A DNA stretch of 62,573 bases, the filler included, from Intoshia linei (lineage: Eukaryota > Animalia > Orthonectida): the NCBI GenBank assembly GCA_001642005.1. It is 6 parts of 6 records of this genome, joined end to end, with 100 filler letters (N's around TTAATTAATTAA, not from the genome) between each part and the next. Parts side by side here need not be neighbours in the genome. Positions count along the whole stretch, not along the records: positions 27,705 to 38,668 come from LWCA01001231.1; positions 38,769 to 60,892 come from LWCA01000605.1; 4 more parts are not named here. One strand, given 5' to 3'. The notes under the pieces are model-generated. The model searched no databases. It was given only the letters and a program-made list of their open reading frames with translations, and was not told the DNA's origin. Shown one piece after another: positions 38,601-52,249 of this stretch; the stretch's first letter is position 1, and every line of letters begins with the position of its first letter. The translations under genes and the position numbers were made by a program.

Positions 38601-40435
38601 TCATATATAAGTACTGCTAAATTACCTATATTGTGAATAGAAATAAGTTAAGAATAAATAAAAACTGCNNNNNNNNNNNNNNNNNNNNNNNNNNNNNNNN
38701 NNNNNNNNNNNNTTAATTAATTAANNNNNNNNNNNNNNNNNNNNNNNNNNNNNNNNNNNNNNNNNNNNTTAATAAAATATTTCGGAAAAAAAATATATGA
38801 ATATTAAAATGCTTTTTTGACCATGAAATCGTTTTATTCGGATTGAAATTTTTTATGTGTGTTAACAGGATACAACTGTACCACCTGTAAATTTTTTAAA
38901 ATTCTAGGGCTGTTTTCAAAAAAAAAAGAAAGGGAATTTGGGGTTTTGGACATGAAGGTATAATTTTTTTAAATTTAAATTTATGATAATGTTTATGATT
39001 TTAAAATCCGCATCAGTGTATACATTTTTTTAATTTCTCCAACTCGTTTGATTTTTAAAAATAGGGACAACTGGAGTTTTTGACCTGTAAGATGTGAAAT
39101 TAGGAGATTGAAATATATCTTAATATACGTCCCGAAAAAAACTGTAATTGAAATGTGGTCTTTAAAAAATTTTAAAACGGGTAATTATTCAAATAAAGTA
39201 TAACAGACAGACACACACAAACAAAAATAGCATAGCGTTTTATATAAGTTAGGATCAGTGTTTCCCAACCTTTTTTACTACATTACCCATATTAAAGTAC
39301 AATTATACTTAGTTTGATATTACCCACAATATTTTTTAACTGCATATTGGAAGGTCAGGTTATAATAAGAACAAGCCACATAAATTTTTTAAAAAACTAA
39401 TTTTATAAAATAATAAAATAAAGTCATTTATTTGTTTTATAAGGCTGATTTTATTAAAAAAAAAAGGGGAAATTTTTTTTTATTTTTTTCCATGTCAAAA
39501 TATTTGATACAAAATTCCACTTTTACCTATTTTTAAAACTTGACAAATTACTACTTTTTAAAGTAGAATATTTTTGATCTTTTATAAAATAGTTTATGCA
39601 ATTTTATAAATCTTGCGTTATTATTTTTCATGGATTTTTCTTTTTAGGGTTGGTAAAACTGGATTTTTCTTTTTAAAGTTTCGCATTTGAGTAAAAATGG
39701 TTCAATTTTTAAAATTTAGTAAAAAATTTCTGAGAAATTACGTAAATCAGGAATTAAATTGTATATTTGATGAATTTACAAATTTGACGGCCTCTGATAT
39801 TTGAATTTCAGAACACGAATTTCACAGAAAATCATAACATTAAGTTAACTTAACTGTTAAGGCTTAACATAATTTGCATTTTTGTATACATGATGTATTA
39901 GAAATGACTTGCTAGACTCAAGTTTGATAAAACATATTTGTCCGGGCTGTGAAGTTGTTTGAAAATGAAATCACCATGGATAGTAATTAGGTACATACTG
40001 AATAATTATTACTGATTCGTACCCTCACATGGATAAAAATTAACGCTTTTGGAGTAACCATTAGACTCTGACTCGCCGTAAATTCAAAATCACTAAAAAA
40101 GATTACTTAAGAAAACTATACCAAAACCGAAACTAAAAACTACAAACACATCATTACCGTACCAACAAAATTTAAAATGGTTTATATATTATCATTGCGA
40201 TAAAATGAAACACCACTGTACATTATCATTACCAAATCACCGTGCAAAACAATTTGTTACACAATAACAATAAAACAACAGGTCTTGTTGAACACTTGAA
40301 TGCAGCTACAAATTGTACAATACAAAATTTACCATTATGTTTATGATTTCATCATGGAATTTCCATGTTTATATACAAGTAAAGTTTAATTTAAATTCAT
40401 TTAAATATTTTTTAACGCATAACAAAAGAAAAAAT

Positions 40436-41227
40436 ATGACTGACCAAGAAAATAATATGCCAAATAATGATGAAAATGATACGCCAATTAAAGATGTAAA
40501 TGAGTTACTCAAAGCGGAATGTTTAGAAAATGACGAAAATATTCAAAAATTGACTGAAACTGTAATATATAAAATTGTAAATTTAATGTTATAATGATTT
40601 TAGGTTCAAAATTCGGTTGACAAGATACAAGGAAAATTTGATGAAACTTTCAATCGAATTATGGAAAAAAATATCCTTTTAATCATTTTATTATTTTTTA
40701 AGGTTGTGAGTATATTTATTTAGTTTTTATTTACAAAACTGCATAAAACTGTAATAGAAATTATCATTATTAATTAATACATTATTTTAATGTTTTAAAT
40801 TGTGAGTAAATTTCTTTTATGGTTTTTGGCATACTACTGAAATGATACTCTACGAAAATGTAGATATTTCATTTTTCAATATTTATAATTTCAAAAATTA
40901 CACTCGAATATTAAATATATATAGTATTACACTGTAATGCCCTTTTAAATTCAATTTTAAAATTATCCAATTTGGAATTGTATCTATTTTTAAGGCTATG
41001 AACTATATAATTTAAGAATAAAATTATATGTATTTTAATTTTTAAATCTTCTAGATTTTATTTTTTAGCAGAAAAATATATTTTTAATTTCCCTTAATTA
41101 TGCAATGGATATGATGAATCAAAAAATATCCGTCCTTGAAAATGATTTGAACAATATGATTGACACGAAACCAGATGGCAAGGATGCTTGCAATAATGTC
41201 GAAATCGAAAATCATGCACAAAATTAA
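40436..41227 (+). CDS. HSBP1: Heat shock factor-binding protein 1, exons 40436-40561, 40604-40670, 41106-41227
   Basis: Spliced product NIQKLTETVQNSVDKIQGKFDETFNRIMEKMDMMNQKISVLENDLNNMI aligns without gaps to the HSBP1 coiled coil ([48 protein letters not shown], from memory). Confidence 0.85.
40671..41105 (+). other. U12-type (minor spliceosome) intron with AT-AA termini
   Basis: 5' site ATATCCTTTT at 40671. Branch-site-like TTTCCCTTAAT at 41088-41098. 3' end GCAA at 41105. Removal restores the HSBP1 frame. Confidence 0.8.
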
Positions 41228-42584
41228 TTGTATGTGTTGAATATACTTTGTAGTTATTTTTTTGTGTATTTCTTATCTTACCATGCTAGGATCGCGTTTA
41301 ATCATATTTGATATGTATAAAAATAAGATATTTTGATGACTAGTTATTGACTAATTATAATTCCATAAATAATTATAAATATATGGAGCAAAAATTAATT
41401 ATACAATGTACAAACTTTTTGTATATTTTCCACATTTTAGAAATTTCTCAAAAAACTACACTATTAGGTTAATAATTACATTAATGTGTTTATTAGTGAA
41501 TTGATAAAAATTAGAAATCATCAAGAAAGAAGAAAACAATTAATGACAGTAGAACAGCGAAATCAACACCACAACAGATATGGATGCTTTATTCGATCTA
41601 TTAAATCATTAACGAAAGTGCTATTTTGAAATGAATTGATGACGTGGATGAGCAATAGCCGAATTTACCTTACTCGACCCCATCAAATAAAAAATAGTTT
41701 TTAAGTTTTTTTCAAAAATAACCTGACTTTGACTGTTTAAATTTGATACAAGAATGTCGTCGAAGCCACCGGAGAGGAGTCGTCGATTAATCCTTAGTTA
41801 TATAATATGCTTTGTTTGTCTGTGTGTGTCATTGTTTATTTCAATAACTACGAGTTTTAGAATTTTATAAAGTCCACATTTCAATTACAGTTTTTTCCGG
41901 GGATGTCAGCAAAATAAATTTTAACCTCTCAAACTCACATCTTACAGGTCAAAAAGCCCAATTGTCCTTTTTTTGAAAATCAAACGAGTTCGACAATTTA
42001 AAATAATATACACTATGATACGGATTTTAAAATCATAAAATTAAATTAAAAAAATATCTATAGTTATCATTATTCATTAGTAATCTCTAATTAATCTATA
42101 GGACCAAAACCCCAAATTACCCTTTTTTAATGAATACAGTCTTAGAATTTAAAAAAATTACCGGTGGTACAATTGTATCCTGTTAACACACACAAAAAAT
42201 TTGAATCTGAATAAGTGCTGCTTTCACTGTCAAAAAAGCATTTTAGTATTTATATTTTTTTTTTCGGAAATATTTTATAAAAACGAACAATGTGAAATAA
42301 TTAACTTAATTTTAATTTTCCGAAAATTAAAAAAAATGATTATTCTGATAGACCTTATTCCAATTAATATAAATATAAAATTTCAACCCCAGAAATCTAC
42401 GCATTCCCAGTGAAAAATAATTTTTAATATATTATCATCCAATATTTTTCAAATATTTCGATAAAATAAAAATTGAAAATGTAAATATTGATGCTACAAT
42501 TTTAAAAAAATGTGCATTAAACATCTACACATTTCCAATAAAGAAATATGGGTGAAAATCTATATAATTCATTCCTTCGGAATA

Positions 42585-43280
42585 TTTTTGTAATTTTGTA
42601 TTTATAACAAACGGGAATAAGCTGTATCAGAAAATCTTCATTTTTTTAAATTGTACGACCGTTAATTATTTCATATTTTTTGTTTTACTTAGTTAATAAA
42701 TAAATATGATTTTGTTAATAAAATAGTTTCGAATAAAAAAATGAATATTAGTGCTTTTTTGGCCATAAAGGCGTCACTTAATCAGATTGAAATTTTTTTT
42801 AAATTCTAGGGCTGTTTTTATTTTTAAAAAAAAGGTATTATGGATTTTGATTGTGAAAATTACATTTTTTGTAGTTACCACTTATGATAATGATTATGAA
42901 TTTAAAATTTAAAAACCATTCGAGAATTAATATTGTATAAAATTATAAGACTTCTTAATTTTGACAAAAAAAGGTTTTTTGGGTTTTTGGTTGTGAAGAT
43001 ATAAGATTTAAAAATTGAAAATTATCATAATGAATTTAAAATTTTATATTAGAATGTGTATTTTTTGTTATAATTCTAGGACTGGTTTGAATTTAAAAAT
43101 AAATAATAATTGGATTTTTTATCCTTAAAGAACTCAATTTCTGAAATTGAAATTTGCGATAAAACATTCTGGAAAAACTATTATAAATATATGGAATATT
43201 AGAATTTGTAAAGCTCGACTTCCCTTACTTTCTTAAATTAACGGACATACATTTTTAACCATTTTACTTTATATAATCTA
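42585..43280 (-). mobile_element. Helitron-like repeat, related arm type B (copies ~35890-36787, 48713-49301, 51500-52227)
   Basis: Family end ...TTTTACTTTATATAAGTAAGGAT (reverse of a 5'-TCC start; degenerate in this copy). It shares internal blocks with type A. The 48713-49301 copy ends in a short inverted repeat followed by CTAG|T. Confidence 0.6.
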
Positions 43281-43999
43281 GTTGCTGTTATATTGTAATC
43301 TTTTAACTTTTGATGACTACAGTAAAACCTATGTTATACGCGGTTAATTAATCAGCGGCTACGGGATAATTACACACATCTTGACACTATTGGTAATTTT
43401 CTATTTTAAATCTTTATTTAAAATAATAAAAATTTCAAAATATCTCGCAAAATAACACCCTGATAGATTATTCCATGGAACTTTTGAGCTTTTGAAAAAA
43501 AGTTAATGAAATGGGACTTCATGTTTTTAATAACTAGCATAGAAAGGTTACAGTAACGGTACTACTGACTGAATAAGTTCAATTAATATTATTCTTCTAT
43601 TTACCCTTACCATCTCAAAATAAAAAAGGATTACAATTAAAGTTGTAGCAGAGTTAAATTTATAAAATCCGAATACAAATATAAAACATTCTAATATTGA
43701 TATTGTTTATAATATAATTCACAATTAGATACATTCAATTGTAATAAAATTGAACTAATTGAAAATGATGAATACATATTTATGAATGAACCAAAAAAAA
43801 TAAAACTGAATATTAGACTAGACAAAATTAACTTGGGCGTTGTGGTATAATAAATATAAAAGATTCAAAAATGGCAGATGTGAAAATGATGTCGAATACA
43901 AACAAAATGAGTAAATATTGCATCGATTTATAAAGGGCATATAAAAGTCAAGTTGTATAGTATTTATTTTTAGTGATATATTCAACATAATTAGGCATC

Positions 44000-44297
44000 T
44001 TAAGATTTTTCTTGTTTAATGTCTACGAATAAAAATAAATGAAAAAAATATAAATTACCATCTTTTGATGGAAGAAAATTCTTGACAACAGTTTCACATT
44101 TCCCTAGTTTATGCTTGTCAAATTTGCCAATATCCTTCATTGCCACTTCATGTGTCATTTGCACTAGATATGGATAAATGGTGGAACTATATAAAATTAC
44201 ATTTAGGCTGTGGTTCAGCAACATTGACGTGGTGCAATTTTTTCGAATCAAACGTATTCACTTCTTTAATAATAGGTGATTTTGGTGTTTCACTCAT
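44000..44297 (-). CDS. Two-repeat beta-thymosin (WH2) actin-binding protein, 3 exons
   Basis: MSETPKSPIIKEVNTFDSKKLHHVNVAEPQPK|LQMTHEVAMKDIGKFDKHKLGKCETVVKNFLPSKD|DIKQEKS*. Two FDxxKL motifs and a terminal LPSKxxIxQEK. Confidence 0.88.
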
Positions 44298-44667
44298 TTT
44301 ATATGCAATAACAAAAATTTATATAAGAAAATAAAATACTATCAATATTTGCACTATTTTAATGTAATCTAGTACTACTGCAGATGATACAATAAACACT
44401 AAACTGCAAAACTAAGTGTTACATAACATGATTGCTATCACACGAAAATTATATTATTTGTTTTTCACAACCGTCATATAAAGATCTGTGTCGATATGAT
44501 TTACTTGAAATTATAAACTTGACTAATTTTAGGTAAAATCAATCAAGTATATCTAGTATACTAGAACAATATAATTAAAGCAGATTATATAAATTAATTT
44601 TAAAAATAAAAATTTTTAACAATTTAAATTGAAATGTTTTATAATTTTATGCTTTGTAATTAATGCT

Positions 44668-45195
44668 CAGAGCCGTCTTAAGCCACTTCGTGGCTCTGGA
44701 CTAAACAAAGGGCCGGAGACCCATTAAAGTTTTGAGCGAAGCGATAAAAAAAATTTAGGGCACCTTTTTATAAGACAGGGCATACTGTTGGTTGGAGACT
44801 TAGTCTTATTTCATTGAGTATTAATAAAAGCATTACAAGATGTTATGTAGATTTCTAGTAACTTTTATTTCATATACAAAAACTTAATTCATAACCAAAG
44901 TTTACTTATTATGTCAATATCATATGATGAACATTGTAGAATATATTTTAAATTGAATAATTACCAGAACTCTGATTGTGTAAACTATTTTCTTTCTAGC
45001 TATTTGACACTCTTCACATTTCTTCACTAATCACACTTCAAAACTGTTTCTTAAGATATAAATGTGAAGTCTTTTAATAAATTAGATGCCTCTTTTCAAG
45101 ATATAAATGTAAAATACTTTTATTAATTTGGGGGCCTTTTTTAATGAGTGACCCTGGGCTACAGCCCATATTGCCCATGCCTTAAAACAGCTCTG
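44668..45195. mobile_element. hAT-like MITE
   Basis: Inverted ends CAGAGCCGTCTTAAG and CTTAAAACAGCTCTG. No clear TSD. Confidence 0.6.
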
Positions 45196-45439
45196 TGTCT
45201 ACTGAATGAAATGTTCCCATGCTATGCTTTTGAATTGTCTTTTTATTCTGTCGCAAATTCTTCAAACTATTTAATCCTTATTGTGGAATCCATTTCTGAA
45301 ACAAATTTGTTAATATTATGAATGTGATTGATATGAGGATATACAATTATAAAAAATCATAATAATAAACCATTATATATAATCATTTTTACAAACAATA
45401 AAACAAAGGTTAGAAAAATTTATAAACAAATGTACAAAA

Positions 45440-48400
45440 TTAGTATACTTTGGATCGTAATATTTCAGGCTTCCACAAAATCGGATCTGTTTCTTGAGTC
45501 TAAATTAAATCATAAAATTTGATTAAAAATAAATTTACAGCTTCTTCATCAGGTTTATACATCTTAATTGTTTTGTCAGCATCACAGGTAATGAGTCTTT
45601 CTCCACTTTTATCAAATGTCATGGCAAATATTCCTGTTTCAGAGTCAATGGAACCTGGTTGAGCAGTTGATTGATATCGTTGAAAATTATAACCACTTTT
45701 CCAATCCCACAGGTATAGAGATCCATTGTCACCTTATAAAATATTTTAGTTATTATTTAGAAAAAAAAAAAAATTTTAAAACATTTACAATCCTAACTTG
45801 TATAAAAAGCTACGCGATTTTTGTTTGTCTGTCTTTGTGACTTTATTAAAATAACTACCACTCTTAGAATTTTTTAAAGACCACATTTTAATTACAGTTT
45901 TTTCCGGGACGTATAATAAGATAAATTTCAACCTCCCAATTTCACATCTTATGGGTCATAAACCCCTTTTTTCCCTCTTTTTGAAAATCAAACGAGTTGG
46001 AGAACTAAAAAAAATATATTAATATATAAAGGAATAAGACCACATTCCGTATTTTGTAAAAGAATCTTTTATAAACAGTGTAACATACAGAAAACCAAAA
46101 ATAAATTTGATTATAACAATTATACAATATATACTTCAATAATATTGAAAATAGCATTAAATAAAACCTAAACATTTTTTGCAATAAAAATTACCTGCAC
46201 TAGAGCAAAGGTAGCACCTTTTGCATCTCGTTGGCCACTTTTTTATGCCAAAAAATTTCACGGGCCCCGTTTTTTATAATTTAAACATGATACATTTCAT
46301 TTTTGACTCAAGTAAAACGGTTCTAATATATTCAACAAAACATAATCCAGGGCGATCTGAAAATTCAGTATTAAAATAATTATAATGAGCCAATTATAGT
46401 AGAAAATGTTTAAAAGGGTGTTTAAAACTTAAAAAATTTATATATCTGCTCAAAGGGCCACCTAAATTATTCTGTTGGCCGATCCTCTGCACTACAAATT
46501 TGAAACTAAATTTTAATGAGTAAGTTTGATCCGAGGGCGGACCGATTTAAAAATTATTTTGCTAAAAATGCATGCCTGTTTGTTACATTTATCTAATTTA
46601 TTTACGTAATAGGCGTAGTTTTAAAAACATCAATTTCTAATACAAGCTTTCGTGAATGAGATTTTATCGTGTATTTAATTTTCAGAAATTGAGTTCTTAA
46701 GGGTCAAAAACCCCAATTATTTCTATTTTTAAATATTAAACGAGTTGTAGAATTTTATCAAATATAAACGTTACAATTATAGTCTATAACTTATAGTTAA
46801 TACAGATTTTAACAGCATAATTTTTTTCTGGGATTCGCGTTTTTATGAGGATGTAGTAACGTTGCTATGCAATTATGACGAGCTAACAAGTAGCTTAGTT
46901 GTACTGAATTGGTTGATGGTTGTTAGTAAAATATTAATTTGGTATCTAAAATGTATTTATATCTAAGACATATTTTGATTATAAAAGTGCTTTTTGGCAT
47001 GAAGGCGTCACTTAGTGAAATCAAAAATGTTTGTAGTAATATATGAAGATAACTGTATGAACTGTAAATTTTTTTGTAAAGTTCTAGTATAATTTTCATT
47101 TTTTAAAAAAAAGGTAATTTGGGGTTTTGGCCCTGAAGATATATTTTTTTTAAATTTAAATTTATGATATTTTTTTAAATTCTAAAACTCGTTTGATTTT
47201 CAAAAAAAAAAATAATTTGGGTTTTTGATCGGTAAGATGTGAGTTTCTGAGATTGAAATTTATCTTACTTTTATCCCGAAAAAAACTATAATAGATACGT
47301 GGAATTGTTAAAATTCTAAGACTCTTATTTATTGAAATAAACGATAGCACAGACACATAAATGGTTATATATAAATAAGGATATGTAAAATTATACCTCC
47401 AGAAACAAAAACATTATCTTGATTTATAGCTAACGCGTTTATTATGACATTGTGACCATTCATATTATGTATAAAATTTCCTTCCGGGAAAGTCCAAAGT
47501 TTTATATTATCAGGAGACGCGGATGCCATCATTTTACTAAAGAAATAATCAATATGAAATATAAATCTAATAAAAAATAAATTTACTATGTTGGATGTAA
47601 AACAATATCTCTAACACTTTTTTTATGGTTTGTCAATGTACACATTGATTTTCCAGAAGAAATATCCCAAAGTCGAATTGTTGAATCATGACTAGCCGTA
47701 ATTATCTATATATTAAATAATTAAATAACAAATCGCTACAAACTTGTGGTTCAGTTGATTGACATCTTACAGCAGCTATAGTATTAGTGTGTCCAGTTAA
47801 GGTATAAATAGGGGCTTTCGTTCTAATGTCCCAAACCTAATATTAAATAAATTAATTTTATACCGATAAATTAAATTATTTTTTAATTTCAACCATAAAA
47901 TTACCCTGGCCGTTGCATCTCGAGCACCAGTTACCATAACATCTAAATATGGATGCAAAGCAATGCAATAAACACCACTCAAGTGACCATGATAGTGCCT
48001 AATAACCTAAATTAAATAGAAAAAACCCAAAAATAGTAATACCTTGTTGCATTCCAAATCCCAACATTTTACCATTTTGTCTTCTCCGACTGAAAACATG
48101 TAAGGGTGCCTTGAACTAATTTCTATACCCCTAACTGCATTTATATGTCCAGTAAGCGAGAGTTTTAATTTTCCTGTAGCCATATCCCAAATCTAATATA
48201 GATTAAGACATACTTACCATGTTTACCTTTATGAGTCGATCTCCTGCCCCAGTTGCAAACCACTCATTACCAGGTTCCACTGCAACAGATCTAACCCACC
48301 CCAAGTGACCACTTATAACTCGATACAATTTCCAAGGTGAGTGCCACGTAGGTTTGGGCATTACGGGGGCTCTTCGTGGTACCAGAGCCTGCTTATCGCC

Positions 48401-49788
48401 AATTTTCGTTAAAATCATTGCATTTGCAGCGTTCATTTTTTTATGTGTTGTTTCTGTTTGATCTTTCAAAACCAATTCTTTAGATCTATAAAATAATGAC
48501 TTTTTAAAATATAATATACAATACTGTTCCCCTCCGCCAAAATTGCGATTTGTATAATTTTGATATAATCGATAATAAGTAACCATAGTAATTTGTATAA
48601 ATGTGTATACCTTTTTCCCTCTTACCCCTATCAAAAAAAATGTAATGTAAATTCGACAATGTAGAGATTACTGTAAAAATTTACTTTAAAAAAAATGGGC
48701 CATTTCACTGTAATCCCTATTTATATAAAATTTTATATCTGTTAGCGTTTATTTAAAAAATTAAGTCGCAGAATTTAAAAAATCCAATTTCTAATACATT
48801 TTTTCACGGGTTGTTTCTATATCTAAGTTTTATTTTCCTAAATTGAGTTGTTCAGGGTGAATAATTCAATTTACCCTTTTTTTTATAAATAAAATCAGAC
48901 CTAAAATTAAAAAAAAATAATATATTCTGGAACACGTTGGAATTCATCATCATTGTCGTAAATATCAACCTCAACAAAAGGCCTTTTCAAAATAAAAACC
49001 CCACCTTATCCTTTTTTAAAAATATAAAGTCCTAGAATTTAAAAAAAAATTAAAACTAATATTGTCATATCCAGTTAACACAATCAAAAAATTTTAATCT
49101 GAAAAGTGACGCCTTCACGTCAAAAAAGTACTTTAATAATCATTTATTAATTAACAAAGTTAAATCAAAAATTTAAAATAATTAACGGTACTATAATTAA
49201 AAAAAAATGATTATTGTAATGCAGCTTATTCCATTTGATATATATACAAAATTTACAAAAGCTAGCTTGTTTTCGTACAAAGTACATAATAGGCAAGCTA
49301 GTTTCCGATATAAATAAGTTCAATTATTGAATACGTGGTGTTTTCATTTTCAATTTTTTTCTTAGATTCTAAAAATATTTTTACACTAAATGAAAACTTT
49401 TAATTTAAAAATCTTACCAAACGTACTCTTTTTGACGAGAGCACTCTCTCCATATTCACTTCTAATTTTACTATTTTGCAATAAATTAAAGCTAAAATTA
49501 AAATTAATAAAAAAAACTTAACAAAGTGTATAATCTGAATTATGAAAATATTCAAAATACAAAAACCTTTTAATATCTTCCTGAAAAATTTTATTGTGAT
49601 CATAAGCAAAAAGATCATGAGTACGTTTCAATGATCGATAAACCAATGTATGAAGCGAATGTTTAGGAACATCCTATATAAAATGGTAATATAAAGTAAT
49701 AATAATAAACAACAAATGATGTTTGATTAAATATTTTCAATATTAATTGAAAAAAAGTAAAATATATAAAGTTGATGAAATATACCAT
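45440..49788 (-). CDS. PLRG1: Pleiotropic regulator 1 / Prp46 WD40 splicing factor, multi-exon
   Basis: M|[83 protein letters not shown] and DPILWKPEI. Confidence 0.95.
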
Positions 49789-50099
49789 TTTAAATTATAT
49801 CCAAATAAATGTAATTCAAATTAAAGATGGCATAACAATATGGAAAATTTTATACACGTGTTACTATAGTTTTATAAAATGCTTAAAATCAAGTGACTTA
49901 CATAATTTGAAAATTAATAAATGCAAGGTACAAATTAAACATATAAATGCATAAATTGAGTAATTTTGATGTTTTGGTTTCAATTTTACTTTATCATATG
50001 TTATACATTCACTGAATACTGAATCATTCAATAATATACTTTATTGATACATCCATAATAGAATTTCTATCTGCAAATATTTTTTACGTTTAGTGATAA

Positions 50100-51342
50100 A
50101 TGTTCATGAACTTAAAGAGAAGGTAAATGTTACTATTTTTTTTTAAATTTTCATAAATATATATGATTCAGACGTGGCTTAGGATTTAATATTCCATCAA
50201 AGCATGCTAAAGTGGACAATACAATTGATAAAGTTAGTCAAGGTTTGAAAGATATTCAAATTGATGAAACCGAAAATACAGGAAAAAATTGTCGAAAATT
50301 GATTTTAAGCGAGTATGGGTATGTCATTTTTTGTTATTTTTAATTTTTAAATTTGAAATATATTTTAGAATAAGTAATCCCAAAAAAACTAAATATGATG
50401 AATTTGAAAATATTAATATTGAAATGTAATAAGTTTTTTTTAGGTACATTGCAGGGCGCATTCAAGAGGTGCAGAAAGTGCAGTTGCACCCCCAAATTTT
50501 AATTAATTTTTTTTTAAAATAACTGAAAAAGATTTTAATTAATTAAAACAATATAGATGCCGCATAACATTGCATGTCATTACATGAACAATTGATCATG
50601 TGACTTGAGACCTTTTGTTACATGCACATCTACATCTATAATATGATCTCAAAGCAGAGTATACTAGATGGAAAAAAATGAACTTGATTCAAAGTGACAG
50701 AAATGTGAATGTGAACGTTCCATTAGAATTTTGAGATAATTGAAAACATTTTTAAGATCAACAATGACTGGTAATCGTCTATGTGGACTGGCCCCCATGA
50801 ATTCCCACTATGACTATAATTTTGATATTGAAAGTTTGGTTAATGAATTTTCAATACTTCAAGAAGATTGAACCTAATTGATTTAGGATTATTTAATGAA
50901 CAAAATTAATTTCTCTTTTTTTGTGCTTATCATTTTTTTATTTTTGCAAAAAAATACAAATTTTGAAACTATTGTATAACAACCTTCAAATGAAATTAAA
51001 AGTGACGCTCCTAAAATTATATTATAGCTTGCTTCGCTCGCACCCATTAACTAGCCTATTGGATCCGCTTCGCATTGTATACATAATTGATAATAATGTG
51101 TTATAATACAATTAATATATTGTTTAGTGATGTACAAATGAAAAATTTCAATATTTTACCTGAAATTAAATCTACATTTAATGACAACGTAGTAACGAAT
51201 ATTCCTAGAACAACAGATAAACCAATACTTTACTTGATGCCTCCCATGCCAGAAGCAAATGGTTATAATGAGACTACAGAAATGTACTTTTTTACACGAT
51301 AATTTTTTATTTATATTTAGAAATGAAGATATGATGGATTGA
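50100..51342 (+). CDS. Small 5-exon protein of unknown function (weak resemblance to CCDC117-like proteins)
   Basis: Five exons splice in frame through GT-AG introns: MFMNLKRRRGLGFNIPSKHAKVDNTIDKVSQGLKDIQI...ILPEIKSTF...KPILYLMPPMPE...EDMMD*. Confidence 0.6.
50451..51072. mobile_element. MITE-like insertion in an intron of the unknown gene
   Basis: Degenerate inverted ends agggcgcattcaagagg and cctattggatccgctt, with GC-richer subterminal motifs. Confidence 0.45.
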
Positions 51343-52249
51343 TTACTAAAAAATCATGTGTACTATTTAAATAAACATTGTACAATGTTAATATACTGTT
51401 GAGGCAAAAGCTATATAATTATAATAGCCTGAGCACCATTTTTCATATGCGAGAACTTTATGTCGATTTGATCATTAGGTAGCTGTATTTGAAAAATTAT
51501 TATAATTATTTACTTTTTCATTTTTAATTTGAATCCACCATTTGAAAAATATTGGTTGATAATATATTAAAAATTATTTTTCACCGGGAATGCGTAGATT
51601 TCTCGGGTCAAAATTTTATATTGATAGTAACTGGAATAAGCTGTATCAGAATAATCCTTTATTTTAATTTTAGAACCGTTAATTATTTCAAATTTTTTGT
51701 TTTAATAAAATAGCTTCAAAATAAAAAAAAATGATTATTAAAGTGCTTTTTGACCATAAAGACATTATTTAATCGGATTAAATTTTTTTGTGTGTGTTAA
51801 CTGGATATAATTGTATCACCCGTAATTTTTTTTAAATTCTAGGGCTGTTTGCATTTTTTAAAAAAAGAGTAATCTAGGTTTTTGACCGTGAAAATTACTA
51901 TTTATAATAATGCTTATGAATTTAAAAACTATTCCAGAATTTATGTTGTTTTAAAATTTAAATTCTAGGACTTTCTTAATTTTTACAAAAAATGGTAATT
52001 TGTGGTTTTGGCCGTGTAAATAATTCTAGGATGGGTTTGAATTTAAAAACAAAGGATAATTCGGATTTTTACCCTTGAAGGACTCTATTTCTGAAATTGA
52101 AATTTGCGATAAAAGACACTCTGGAAAAACTGTTTTAGAAATATGGAATTTGTAAAACTCGACTCCCCTTATTTTCTTAAATGTGCAGACCAATTTTTAA
52201 TCATTTTACTTTATATAAGTAAGGATATGAATAAAAATTATTATTTATT

